NCBI GenBank assembly: GCA_964247055.1
Contig: OZ176057.1
Location: 2,976,001 to 3,040,000 of the forward strand
DNA from: Paragordius varius
Lineage: Eukaryota; Animalia; Nematomorpha
Reading direction: 5' to 3'
DNA length: 64,000 nt
Shown here: positions 53,105 through 64,000 of the stretch, one piece after another
Layout: each line of letters begins with the position of its first letter
How positions within the stretch are numbered: the stretch's first letter is position 1
Made by a program: the position numbers and the translations under genes
The notes under the pieces: model-generated
Database searches by the model: none
Seen by the model: only the letters and a program-made list of their open reading frames with translations
Told to the model about the DNA's origin: nothing

Positions 53105-56100
53105 AAAAGCGGGCAGGTTTCTGCCGACTTCTTGTCGGGTACCGCCGTTCTTGTGTTTTAGCGGGGGAGTAGATAGTCTCAGGTTTCTGGGTATTATCAT
53201 TATTTGGACTTTCGGCTGTCGGAGTAATTGGTTCGATTTCGTCCCTTGAATTGATCGTATTTGGTTGCGTTTCAGCGATTGTTCCATCATCCGTGGCAGT
53301 GGTTACCTCCTCCTCATTTGTGTTGCTGGAAAAGGTCGGCTGTGGTTGTGGTTGTTGTACTATTTGGTCAGCGTGTTTCCGCACAACTTTGTCTCGGTCC
53401 TTGTCCCATACCTTGTATGAAAATAACCCTGTGCGGTCCGTAATCTCTCCGGCGCGCCATCCTGGACTTAATTCATTTTTAATCATTACCTGGTCATTAA
53501 TGGCAAACTGCCGTCGGGGGGCCGGTGCATCTAACAATCTCTCCCTACTATTTAACCAGGTTAAGGGCGTATGGGGGGTACGCTTAAACATTAACTGGGC
53601 CGGGGTTTCTTTCGTTGTTGAGTGTATAGTTCTATACGCCCATAAGCTAGTGTTAAACGCTTCGTGGGTGGATAACCCATTGTTTTTTATTCTTTTGTAT
53701 TTATTTTTTATTGTACCTACTAACCTTTCTACCATCCCATTACTCTTAGGGTGGTAGGGGGTAACCTTAATATGTTTCACCCCTAACGTACTTAATGTTG
53801 ACGTAAAGTACTCGTTACTGAAATATGAAGCGTTATCGCTCACAATCTCTCTTGCAAAGCCAAACCTTGCAAACGTTTCTTCTAATTTGTGGATTATATT
53901 CGCTGCGGTTACCTTTTTCAACATAAATCCTTCTGCCCATTTCGAGGCACTATCAATTATCAACAACCAATACAAACGGTCTACCGGTCCGGCTATATCA
54001 ATATGCAAACGCTCCCACACAGCAACATTATGATCCCACTGATACGTGGAATTCTGAGTGTCATTCGGCCTACTACGTTGGCACGATTCGCATTGACTAC
54101 TGGCTTTTACCAGGTCATTTTCTAATTCTGGCCAATAACACGTAAATCTGGCCATCGCTTTCATGGTCTCTACGTTGTTATGCCCGCTGTGTAGGTATCT
54201 CACCACCTCTTTTTGGAGGGGCTTCGGAATTACAATCCGATCATTTAAACTTAATAAGCCATATTGATATGCCAACTCGTCTTTACGGTTTACAAACTTT
54301 TTTAATTCTGGAGAACTCCAGTCATGGTTGTTTAACGCTTTAATTACTTTTTGTAATACTGCATCTAATGCAGTTTCTTTTCGAATTTCATCTCGGCTTA
54401 ACCGCACGTTATGACAATTCAAAAATCTCAAATATCTGGTAACCGCATAATCTTCATCATAGGCAACGATCTCGTCAATCGGCCATCTCGATAAATAATC
54501 AGCTCTATTTTGAGCCCCTTTTTGATGACTTATTTCAAAGTCGTATTCATTTATCATATTAATCCACCTTAGTATTTTAGCATTATGAATCTCTTTTAAA
54601 TTTCGATCTCTATTTATTAACTTTACTAAGGGTAAATGGTCAGTTAATATTGTAAATTTTCTACCATATATGGAACTATGAAACTTTCTTAACGCAAATA
54701 ATATTGCTTTTAATTCCTTCTCTATCGTGGAATAATTCCTTTCAGCGTTGCGACATTTTTGTGAGGCATACGCTATCGGCAACCTTTCACTATTAATTTC
54801 ATGACTTAGAATACATCCGAATCCTAAATCTGACGCATCAGTTTCTATTATCAATTTCCTATTCGAATTATATGGTGTTAAAAACACTTTTTCGCTTAAC
54901 AAATTCTTAGCTGCTAACCAGCTTTTCTCATGTTTCTCAGTCCAATACCATCTCGTATTTTTACTAGTTAATTCATGTAAGGGACCGACTATTATTTGTA
55001 ATTTTGGTATAAAGCGTTCATAAAATGTCAAAAAACCTAAAAAGCTACGTAACGACTTTTTATCTACCGGCCTTTTTAGTTCCTTGATTGCTTTAATTTT
55101 GCTTTCACAGGGACCTATACCCTTTTTCGATATTTCAAACCCTAAATAGTTTACTGATTCTGCCCCTATCATTATTTTATCTTGTCTTAATTTAAATCCG
55201 GCCTTATCGAGACGACTTAATACGTTATTTAAATTGTTAATGTGCTCATTTTCCGTCCTACCAGTCACTAGGACGTCATCTAAATATACGCAAGTTCCCG
55301 GACTTTCAGCCAGCACTTTTTCCATCACTCTTTGGAAGATGATAGGTGCCGTGGCCAGTCCAAACGGCATGCGTTTGTATCTAAAAAAACCCTTATGTGT
55401 TGAGATAGTTAACAATTCTTGACACTCCTCTGCCACTGGCATCTGGAGGTAAGCATCTTTTAAATCAATTTTCGTGAATGTGATACCTTCACCTATTTTC
55501 GACACCAACTCATCAAACGTGGGAATTATGTGGGAGTCTTCTTGCAACCACTTATTAATCGTTACTCGAAAATCACTACATATTCTTAATTCGCCATTCG
55601 GTTTAAGTACATTAACCGTAGGCGTGGCCCATGTCACAGGTGTGGTGTTAGGATCAACCGGTTCTAAAATGCCTAACTTTTCTAGCCTCGTCAGCTCTTT
55701 CTCCACCTTTTCTCTTAATGGAAAAGGCACCCTGCGACATGGCCATACTTTCGGGATCGCATTCGCTGCAATGCGAATTTTTACAGGGTCCTTATAACAC
55801 CCTAACTTATTTTCGAATAAATTTTTAAAATTTTCACAAATCTCATTCAATTTAAGATAATTAACTCTAACCTGTGGCATCTCAATCTGGAATTTCGCCA
55901 TCCAGTCCAGTCCACAGATTAGCGGGGCCATTTCCATCGTTTTGCATAGGACACATATGTCCCCGACCATTTGTTTACCATTTACTTGGACTTTGACACT
56001 TGCTGTCCCCATCATTGGCACTGTGGTATTGTTGTACGATTTTACTGGGGGTGTCGGATGCAGCTTGGGTTTACCGATTTGCTCCCATGTGGCAAAGTTT

Positions 56101-56138
56101 ATTACACTGATGTCCGAACCGGTATCATATATAAAATC
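53100..56138 (-). CDS. Gypsy Pol polyprotein (protease, RT, RNase H, integrase)
   Basis: Open frame from just after the TAA at 56139-56141. Protease FIYDTGSDIS; RT KIDLKDAYLQ, RMPFGL, YLDDVLV; RNase H ETDASD, YSTIEKE, TDHLPL; integrase HSGH..C..C, HIDIAGP, SDNA, SNGMVER. Confidence 0.9.
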   Translation of the reverse strand, partial: DFIYDTGSDISVINFATWEQIGKPKLHPTPPVKSYNNTTVPMMGTASVKVQVNGKQMVGDICVLCKTMEMAPLICGLDWMAKFQIEMPQVRVNYLKLNEICENFKNLFENKLGCYKDPVKIRIAANAIPKVWPCRRVPFPLREKVEKELTRLEKLGILEPVDPNTTPVTWATPTVNVLKPNGELRICSDFRVTINKWLQEDSHIIPTFDELVSKIGEGITFTKIDLKDAYLQMPVAEECQELLTISTHKGFFRYKRMPFGLATAPIIFQRVMEKVLAESPGTCVYLDDVLVTGRTENEHINNLNNVLSRLDKAGFKLRQDKIMIGAESVNYLGFEISKKGIGPCESKIKAIKELKRPVDKKSLRSFLGFLTFYERFIPKLQIIVGPLHELTSKNTRWYWTEKHEKSWLAAKNLLSEKVFLTPYNSNRKLIIETDASDLGFGCILSHEINSERLPIAYASQKCRNAERNYSTIEKELKAILFALRKFHSSIYGRKFTILTDHLPLVKLINRDRNLKEIHNAKILRWINMINEYDFEISHQKGAQNRADYLSRWPIDEIVAYDEDYAVTRYLRFLNCHNVRLSRDEIRKETALDAVLQKVIKALNNHDWSSPELKKFVNRKDELAYQYGLLSLNDRIVIPKPLQKEVVRYLHSGHNNVETMKAMARFTCYWPELENDLVKASSQCESCQRSRPNDTQNSTYQWDHNVAVWERLHIDIAGPVDRLYWLLIIDSASKWAEGFMLKKVTAANIIHKLEETFARFGFAREIVSDNASYFSNEYFTSTLSTLGVKHIKVTPYHPKSNGMVERLVGTIKNKYKRIKNNGLSTHEAFNTSLWAYRTIHSTTKETPAQLMFKRTPHTPLTWLNSRERLLDAPAPRRQFAINDQVMIKNELSPGWRAGEITDRTGLFSYKVWDKDRDKVVRKHADQIVQQPQPQPTFSSNTNEEEVTTATDDGTIAETQPNTINSRDEIEPITPTAESPNNDNTQKPETIYSPAKTQERRYPTRSRQKPARFC

Positions 56139-56486
56139 TTATTTTAACCCGTTTATTACTAGTGTTATCAGTAAGGGAGTTAGCGCCTTATGACCCACGT
56201 TAACTTCCTTCGACAATTGCCTATTGAAGTGCGGTCTTTGTTTTTTGGCTACACACATTCTCGCAAAATGATTTAGCTTTCCGCATTTGTTGCAGGATCG
56301 TCTCCAGGCTGGACACTTGTTGGGTGGGTGTGTGAAACCGCAATGTTTGCATGTAATAGATGATTTTATTATTGTTTGTCGATTGGATTTATTATGTTGT
56401 AACCGATTGATATTATTGCTGTTACTGTATCGATTGCTATTATTACTGTATTTTTGAGCTGTGATAGTCATTGGTTCGTCTGTCAT
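56139..56486 (-). CDS. Truncated Gag (115 aa): Asn-rich linker and two zinc knuckles, no capsid domain, ending at an in-frame TAA
   Basis: MTDEPMTITAQKYSNNS...CKHCGFTHPPNKCPAWRRSCNKCGKLNHFARMC...ITLVINGLK*. The first ATG lies just after the PBS. Confidence 0.75.
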   Translation of the reverse strand: MTDEPMTITAQKYSNNSNRYSNSNNINRLQHNKSNRQTIIKSSITCKHCGFTHPPNKCPAWRRSCNKCGKLNHFARMCVAKKQRPHFNRQLSKEVNVGHKALTPLLITLVINGLK

Positions 56487-56488
56487 AT

Positions 56489-56501
56489 CTCTTGGCCACC
56501 A
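56489..56501 (-). promoter_or_regulatory. Primer binding site TGGTGGCCAAGAG, possibly for a tRNA-Ile-type 3' end
   Basis: Starts with TGG 1 nt after the 5' LTR. TGGTGGCC is complementary to a ...GGCCA-CCA tRNA end; tRNA identity is inferred. Confidence 0.7.
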
Positions 56502-56502
56502 A

Positions 56503-56803
56503 TAATATTTGGGGATGGCAAGGTATTTATTGTATATCACAAAATATTGTATATCACAAAAACAACTGCGCGTTATATCATGATCTCTATATATATATAT
56601 ATCTACGATAATTAGGTTTAATGTATTCACATATATCAAGGTAAGATGTTTGCTTATATACAATTATCTCAAAGTATAATAATAATCACAAGTGGTGGGA
56701 AGGTTATAACAATATAATAATAGTATACAGATAAGTTAATAGGTTAATGTACTGCAAGGTATAATAATAATATTCACAAGTCTATTCAAATTAGCCTCTA
56801 ACA
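56503..56803 (-). repeat. 5' LTR, 301 bp
   Basis: Minus strand reads TGTTAGAGGC...CCCCAAATATTA and is followed after 1 nt by the PBS. Confidence 0.95.
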
Positions 56804-57684
56804 CTGGTAAAAATTTATTCAATCGTATTATTTTATCATATTTTGAAGCATCAAAACTGCATAAAGGTTTCAGATCTATCACCAATCTTGTTTATATTTA
56901 GTGTCAAAATGTATTAGTCTTTAAAAAAGCAGTGCACAAAATCTGGGCGTATAAAAAATATCCTTATAAAATAATATTCTGATAAAAGTATGTTAGGATA
57001 ATGGGCCTTTTACTATAGGGCCTTACAAAAATTAATACCATTTTTTGTGGTTGCTAAGATAGCGAAATTTCGGTTCAATTAATAATATTTTTGAAAGCTA
57101 AATGTTTCATTCAAAAATTAACAAATATACTAAACAATATATACAAAAACCAGAACAATAATTCAATTTTGATTTTGTAATGTTTTCCAAAATTCTTTAA
57201 TTTTTGAACCCGTTCAAAACACAAAAATATCCCGATTATATATACTCATAAAAAATGTACCAGGATTCTCATATTGCTTTAGTTGAGAGCTACGAGTGCT
57301 TTAAGTAACTTATCACCACTTTTGTTGTGACTGCTACATATCAGAAAATCATATCAACGCACATTTATTATAAATGGATGAAAGCTAGATGCTTCTTTCC
57401 AAAACAATGTAAAATGGGGTGTATAAAATTGATTTAATTCTGATAAGAAAATGTATCAAATTTATCATAGTGCTATTTTTGGCCCTTACAAGTAATTTAA
57501 CACTTCGACTCGGATAGTATTATACCCCAAGGCCATTATAAATATCTTAAAAATCTAGCATTGGGCTAAATTTAAAACATTTTTTTAGCCTTTTAAGCGG
57601 CTCATGATGCAAAAAATATTTTTAAAAATGTGAAATTGTAAAAATTCGTTATTTTTCGCCGCCATAATTTTCTTTAATTGTTAA

Positions 57685-58044
57685 CACTTCGATTCAAATT
57701 GGGTGTAAATTCTCACTCTATATTTTAGTTGACATTAAAAAAACCACCGATAAAAACATCCCAATTTAAATTATGCTTTTATCATAAATAGAAACAGAAA
57801 AAGTGGATTATTTTGTAGTTTTAGATTTATATAAGTGCACAGATGTGATGTTGACTAAATTTTCTTTTTCAATGTTATTGAACAAATCTTTTAGGTTAAT
57901 TAATGTCATATTAATGCAAACCTTTATCATGGTTTCAATTCATTCCATATTTTTTGAAGTATTTAATTTTTAACAGGCGGGTATTCTACGACCCCAGTTT
58001 GAATCGAAGGACTGAAATGAATGTGTTGTATGTGTATCTAAGTG
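57685..58044. mobile_element. piggyBac-type TTAA MITE, next to a related terminus at 57501
   Basis: TTAA-CACTTCGATTCAAATTGGG ... GAATCGAAGGACTGAAATGAATGTGTTGTA...AAGTG-TTAA. Confidence 0.65.
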
Positions 58045-59342
58045 TTAATACAACAAAGTATTTGTATATGGTAAAAAATATAAAAAATAGCTTTAAAAAG
58101 GTTTCAAATCGCAATTTATTAGTAAATTTTTAAATCAGCTGTTTTTATCGCTTTTGGAGTCATTCGGGAGTTTAAGAGTTAAAAAACTGTTAAAAATATA
58201 AGTTTTTTGAACAATGGAATCTCATTCAGGCCAGAATGCAACACGATGACAGTGATGGCAATGGAGTTTGCGCACTGGCTGAGGATAACGTGGCGACTTG
58301 GGAAATTGATATACTGCTCTGGAGATAGCATTGCTCTCTGATCCTGATCTTTTGGGGAGGGATGACAATAACTACACTATACAATTTTCTGCAAGGGTAT
58401 CCTACTGGGCTCTACAGCACCCTCACTGTGGAGCGCTTGGGGGTGTCGCGTCAGGTAGACAGAATTGGATTCGCAGCGATTGTATAGCTGTAGGAGTCTG
58501 GATGTAGCTTTAGCAGATAGACATTTGATTATCTTTACTATTAACTTACCTTTGTTTATAAACTTTAATAATTGACACTTGCTAATTTACTAATTTACTT
58601 TTTACTAAATGACCTTAAGCTATAATGTTGAGCTCGTTTGCATTGACCTTGCGGGACGGTTTATAGTGGCAGTTGCCCACCGGGTCAGCCGTAATAATAA
58701 TAATGTGCTACCATAATTTATGGAAGGGATATATCCTATGATACGGTTAGCCTTTACTAATAATAGTTTACGTTTCCTACATGACAGCTCGATAAGATAC
58801 CAAACGTACTCATTATAGCCAACTTTATTTTAATGTTAATGATAATATTTGCCTGTCCCCCCATTGGTGCTGTGACATTCGTTAGCGATGAGAACCTGTG
58901 ATTAAATTTATCACTTCAAGATGGACGTCTTATACCTATATGATATTTTAAAAGATTCTATTTTACTACAGTTATTGTCGCCTAAATTTATAAAAAGTAT
59001 ATTCATAATAATGCCATAAATCAACGCTCGCCTACCTCATTACTCAGATAATTGGCAACTCATCGTGACGTTTCAAGGATTTTATTAAAGCAATTTGCAA
59101 CGCTTGAATATAGATAAATGTAGCATGGATGTGGAATGCGCATTTGCCAAACCTATAATTCAAAATTGAATGCCTGTAATTTTGCAACTCAGCGTGAATT
59201 AACGCGAAATAGGGATCTGCTGATAAGATTATATGTTGATGCGGGAAGAAATGATTAAAGTTTTATTAACCGGCTGTTATCAGATTCAGATATATTTCAT
59301 TTATTGTACAATTTAATTTTATTACCTCGTTTATATATCCAT

Positions 59343-62064
59343 ATGTCTACCCCGCATCTTTTAAAATTTGGCTCTTGGAACGTCCCTGGAATTCAGAAGA
59401 AATTGGCGGAGGTGAGGACGATTTGCGCAAATAACTCCCTCCAGCTTCTTTGTCTTCAGGAAACTCGTTGCGCCTTCAATGGTCGCCAAAAATTTGGCCA
59501 ACGCTTCACCCTGTTCAGCAGCAAAGCAGATGGTATGTCTGGAGGTGTTGGGCTCTTGGTAAGGCGCAATATTATGAGGCGGGTTATTAACTTTGTGCCG
59601 CATTCTCATAGATTGGCCGAACTTCTCATAAAAATCAGCACTAAATGTTATACGCTTATTAGCGCCTACGGCCCTCATGATATCTCAGAATATCATGAAT
59701 TTTTGAATGATCTAGGAACCATTCTGGATTCCAGATTTTTGGTGATATGAACTGCAGGGTGGGAAGAAACATATCTTCGTAGGCTATTGGAAGACACACT
59801 CTTACTACTTCCACCAAGGCAGGTAGACTTCTCGCAACCTTTTGTGATAATCGTCGTCTATTGATTGGCAACACCTTTTTCCCAGATAGCCAACATGGTC
59901 CGTACACAAGAATTGCAAGGAATGTGTGCCCTTCCCAAATTGATTTTGTCATTATACGAGAGAAAGATCTGTCAATGGTGAAGAAAGTTGGCTGCGCAAT
60001 ATACAGTGACCTGATCAGGGATCACCTTTGATCTGCGCTGAGTTACAGGTGACCTGGGCCCCTCCCCCCTTCATAGGTCGAAAATCGAAATGGGCCACTG
60101 TGCTAGGTGAGCTCTCTTCCAGAACCAGGCGAAGACATGCTGTCTACGAGGACTGGCTATCTGCTGGGACTAAACGATTTCTCCATGCAATACGAAATAA
60201 ATGTTACACGAGTCGTCGCAGAGCGTGGATTAGAGCCAATGCAGATCGCTTGAAACGCAAGGACAGGCAGGCGTTTGTTTCCCGATTCTCTAAACTGGCG
60301 GCTAATGAAAAACACTCAAGGGAGCACTATTCACTAATTCGTTTCCTGCTTCGACGGCCCAGACCCTGTACTAGTCTGCATTCTCATGGCAGGCTGATAA
60401 TGGATAGCCAGAAGAATGTGATCTCTTTGCACCGACATTACACTTATCTGTTGGGGAATAATAAAATGATTTAGGATGATGTTGTCAATGATCATCCATT
60501 GTCCTTGAAATTGGATGAAGGAACATTTCGCCTAAGTATTGAATTTTTACGAAATTATAAGTGCCCAGGGCCAGACCGCAGCGCGGCAGATGCCTGGAAG
60601 AAGGAAATAGATTGATGCACTGACAACATCTTACCTATCATTAATAGTTGGCTAGAACGTGGCACACTGATGGAGGAATGGGTGGAATGCGAGATAATTA
60701 ATATCGCAAAACAAGATAATCCATGCACTAAATACAATGTACAAGGTTTTGGCCAACATTGCCCTGTCTAGACTGCAGTCCTTTGAGGATGCCATCACGC
60801 AATCTGTGGTTTTAGGCGGGTAAGGGGAACGATGGATTTATTCTGTTCTTTGGTAATTTTCATCGAGAAAAGCAGGCGACATAAGCACCCGTTCTACTTG
60901 GGATTTGTGGATATAGCCAAGGCATTCGATAAACTGGCTAGAAAGCATGTCATGCGCTTGCTGAAGAAGGTTGATATGGAGAAAAACTTCAAGAACTTTA
61001 TACTTCACTTGATAATCCGTACGCGTAGTCGGGTGGCAGTTGAAACGACCCGTTCGGAATACATCTATTCAGAACGAGGCCTGAAGCAAGGATGCCCTCT
61101 GTCCCCAAAACTCTTTAACTTAGCTATGGACTCAATAGTACGGAAGTTATACGCGAGCTTTCCCAACGTCTTTTTCCAGGTGATCTGCTATGGAGACGAC
61201 CTTTGCATCTAAACAGATACGGAGCAGAACCTGGGGCAGGCCCTAGATCAGATGGAATCTGAATTGACGCCTATTGGCCTAAATATTAATTATGAAAAGT
61301 CAAGCGAGGATGTTCAAAACTGTTGGAGGGGATGGAGGTTGTGGAGTCCTTTCGATACCTGGGAGTTATGGTGGACAAAAACGGATGCGCTTTTAACTCA
61401 CCTCTACTCAGATTGCATTCCGCAAAGCTTATCTTCGACGGATTACATTGTTTGGCGCTCGAAAGAGGTTGGTCAAAGGCTGAAGTTGAAAATATTTAAA
61501 AGTCTAGAATTTTATATGGTTTGTCGGTGTGGCCAAATTCTGTGAAACATACCCGCAAGGCTCAGGTATTTGTAAATAAATCGCTAAGAGTCATCACAGG
61601 CGACATCTACTCCAGGAAAACACGGTGCCAACTAGCCACAGGAAAACACGGTGCCAACTAGCCACTTTTCATTGTCAAGTCTGAATGTAGAAGCCCACCA
61701 GCTACGCCATAACGAAATGAGTCCGCTTATGGCGGCATTGGAATGAAAACTGAATGGCCGCCCAATTTATTGGAAGTATAAAAAAACATGGCTTGGACGC
61801 ATGTGTGTTTTCTTGCAGCGTGTGGGCCTTGCGGAGTCAGACTTTGTAACACTAGTGCTGAACGGAGGTTGGAAGGATAAATGTACCCAGATTAAGAGAG
61901 AGTTGTTAAAGGAAGAGGAGAGGATACACTACGCCAAACGGCAACGTCGACGCGAGCGCCGGCTTCAGAAACTATCTGCGAAAAGGGCGGATCCGGTGGA
62001 GGACAGTCTGTGGTTGTCTGTGACCTTAAATACTTTATTGGGGAGTAAATTACATATAATTTAA
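59343..62064 (+). mobile_element. Degraded non-LTR retrotransposon (APE endonuclease plus RT, RTE-like layout) with several frameshifts and stops
   Basis: APE motifs GSWNV, LCLQETR, GGVGLLV, LISAYGP, GNTFFP and QIDFVI. RT motifs FVDIAKAFDKL, GLKQGCPLSPKLFNLAMD and YGDDL. The fragments lie in different frames. GC-rich flanks at about 58200-58540 and 62120-62260 may belong to the element. Confidence 0.88.
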
Positions 62065-63742
62065 TATTACTATCATTATCGTTCTTAATTTATCTGTGGT
62101 ACTACATGTTTACTCTATATACCGTTAGAAACACCCAGCAATGAAGTGGCGCCCCTCTGCCCTGAAGCGCGTAAAAGCGCAGGAAGGCACTAAGGGTCGT
62201 CCTGTGCAGACAGTGGCGGTTGGAACCATGCCTGCCACACCCTTTTCTGGATACCTGGATATAAGTTTTTATTATATAATACAGGATAAAAGGGTTCAAT
62301 AATTATGTAAAACTAATTAGTAGTTTGTTTACTATTTTAAGGGAAAAAAATACCTAAAAATAGTGTACAAAATATCAAAATGATAAAGTGTTAGAAAGTT
62401 ATTTCCACTTTTATGATATTTACTCCATATCCGAAAAGAGCAAATTTTTAAAATCCTTTTTAAATTTTTTTGATGAAAGTTAAAGGCTTCTTTCTAAAAT
62501 ATCATTAAAATATATCAAAAGCTAGATATAAAAGGCAGAAAAATATTTTTACAAAGTTTTATAAATGTGAGCTCCGAAAGTCCCACTTTTTTGCCCTTCT
62601 AAAATTAATAATTTAAGGCGTTATACACCATTTCCATCATGCCTCAAAATATAATGAAGTACGCTTCAACAAATTGTGTCATAAATTAAATTTTTAACAA
62701 ATATCATTTTTTCAATAAAACATTCTGTCAAGATTTAGCATATATTTAAGGATTTTATTACGCAATCTCGGTATTTAAACTCTATTTTTATAGAAATATC
62801 TTATTTTTCAAGAGTGAATTTGGGACTTTCAAACCCACATCTAATTAGGATTTTATAAAAATATTTTTTTGCTTTCTATATGTGATATATTTTGGAATTA
62901 GGCATTTAGCTTCTGCTAAAAAAATTTTATTGAACGAAATGTGCGCAAAATTTGCCATTTTCTGATATGGACAAATAACCACAAAGTCTAAACTTAAGGG
63001 ATGTTTATCCCGATACTAACCATAAACTTCAATTGTTAGATGTAGCCGCTGAAAATAAATGTTTGCCCCCCTCCTAAATAGGTACACTTAAAACAAACAC
63101 AAAACTGTCGAGATTAGGGGATAAAAATTTTAATACACAGTACACACATAAAATATCCTGATAATATATTCATATATACCATTTACAATTCAAATTCACT
63201 CTTAAACAATTTTATCCCCCTTGAAACCAATTAAAATTCACCCTCAAATAAATTATATGTTTTTAAGATTGAAAATTACCTATATTTTTATATATTTGTA
63301 AAGATTTAAATTTAGTTTTAATTTAAAATGATACTGAAAAACGAATAAACTATGCCATAAAGCTATATTTCATATTAATAATGAGTTATATTAGTTCGCA
63401 TACTCATAATTTTTTTAGGATGAATTTGAATCGTTAAAGTGTGAATTTGAATTGTTCGAGGGTTTTGAATTGTAAATAATAGTTTTAGGGTAAATAAATA
63501 TGTGTCAGAATTCTTATGGCGCTTTTGTGGGCCCAATACAGATTTAGGATTTCATAGTAATGCTTTATATCGAAATTGTAAATTGGCGATAAAGCGAGTT
63601 TATTAGGCATATAGGACTTGAAACTAATGGAGCCCCGTTTATCATGGAAAATAAATTTTAATGTCTACGCGACTGTTTTTTTAGAGAGATTAATAAATTA
63701 AAAGAAAGTGCTGTGGGCAAAGTGTTGTTTAATTGTCTAAGT

Positions 63743-64000
63743 CAGTGGTACTCACTAAAAAAATTTGACGGGCCAAATAAAAACTTGTTTTGCACCATTT
63801 AAATTTGGTTTTGCCTCATGACAAGCCAATCTTAATACGTCGTCCATATCATCATCTGTTAATCGATTTCTGTATGAATTCTTGGCACACTTCATTTTTG
63901 AATATGCCGACCACGCGTATAAGTTGAAGGAAAAACAGTTAGGATAACTTGAGCACATTTTTTTATATTTTCGTATTTATTTGGCACATCTTGCCAAATC
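63743..64000 (-). mobile_element. Second copy of the hAT element (3' end), running out of the window
   Basis: Same terminus CAGTGGTACTCACTAAAAAAATTTGACGGGCCAAATAA preceded by GTCTAAGT (central TA). It encodes the same C-terminus, KCAKNSYRNRLTDDDMDDVLRLACHEAKPNL. Confidence 0.88.

Larger units (their letters stand above)
52789..56803 (-). mobile_element. Ty3/Gypsy LTR retrotransposon (Mag-like, K02A2.6-like), 4015 bp, recent insertion
   Basis: Two LTRs, a 5-bp TSD CTGGT (52784-52788 and 56804-56808), a PBS and a PPT, twin CCHC knuckles, and pol domain order PR-RT-RH-IN. Confidence 0.96.

Overview
This is a very AT-rich animal nuclear genome segment with spliceosomal GT-AG introns. The splice models below were built by eye. 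Host genes recognised: the last three coding exons of SUZ12 (VEFS box), an unusually long Asn/Ser-rich MEX3-family KH protein (about 1272 aa) with no RING finger visible, an elongator tRNA-Met, a 10-exon TOM1/TOM1L2-like VHS-GAT gene, and ETFRF1 (LYRM5). A four-exon orphan gene missed by the ORF track (3410-5347) encodes a predicted 158-aa secreted precursor ending in a 76-aa Lys/Arg/Pro-rich domain with a Phe4 tail; this is the most novel item. Mobile DNA is abundant: a full-length but frameshifted hAT (Buster-type) element plus a second partial copy and MITEs; a very young Gypsy (Mag-like) LTR element with TG...TA termini, no capsid domain and one in-frame stop; a degraded GC-rich APE-RT LINE; a Chapaev3-like relic; piggyBac-type TTAA MITEs; foldback elements with 21-bp arrays; and old degenerate tandem arrays. 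No CRISPR array or prokaryotic system is supported.
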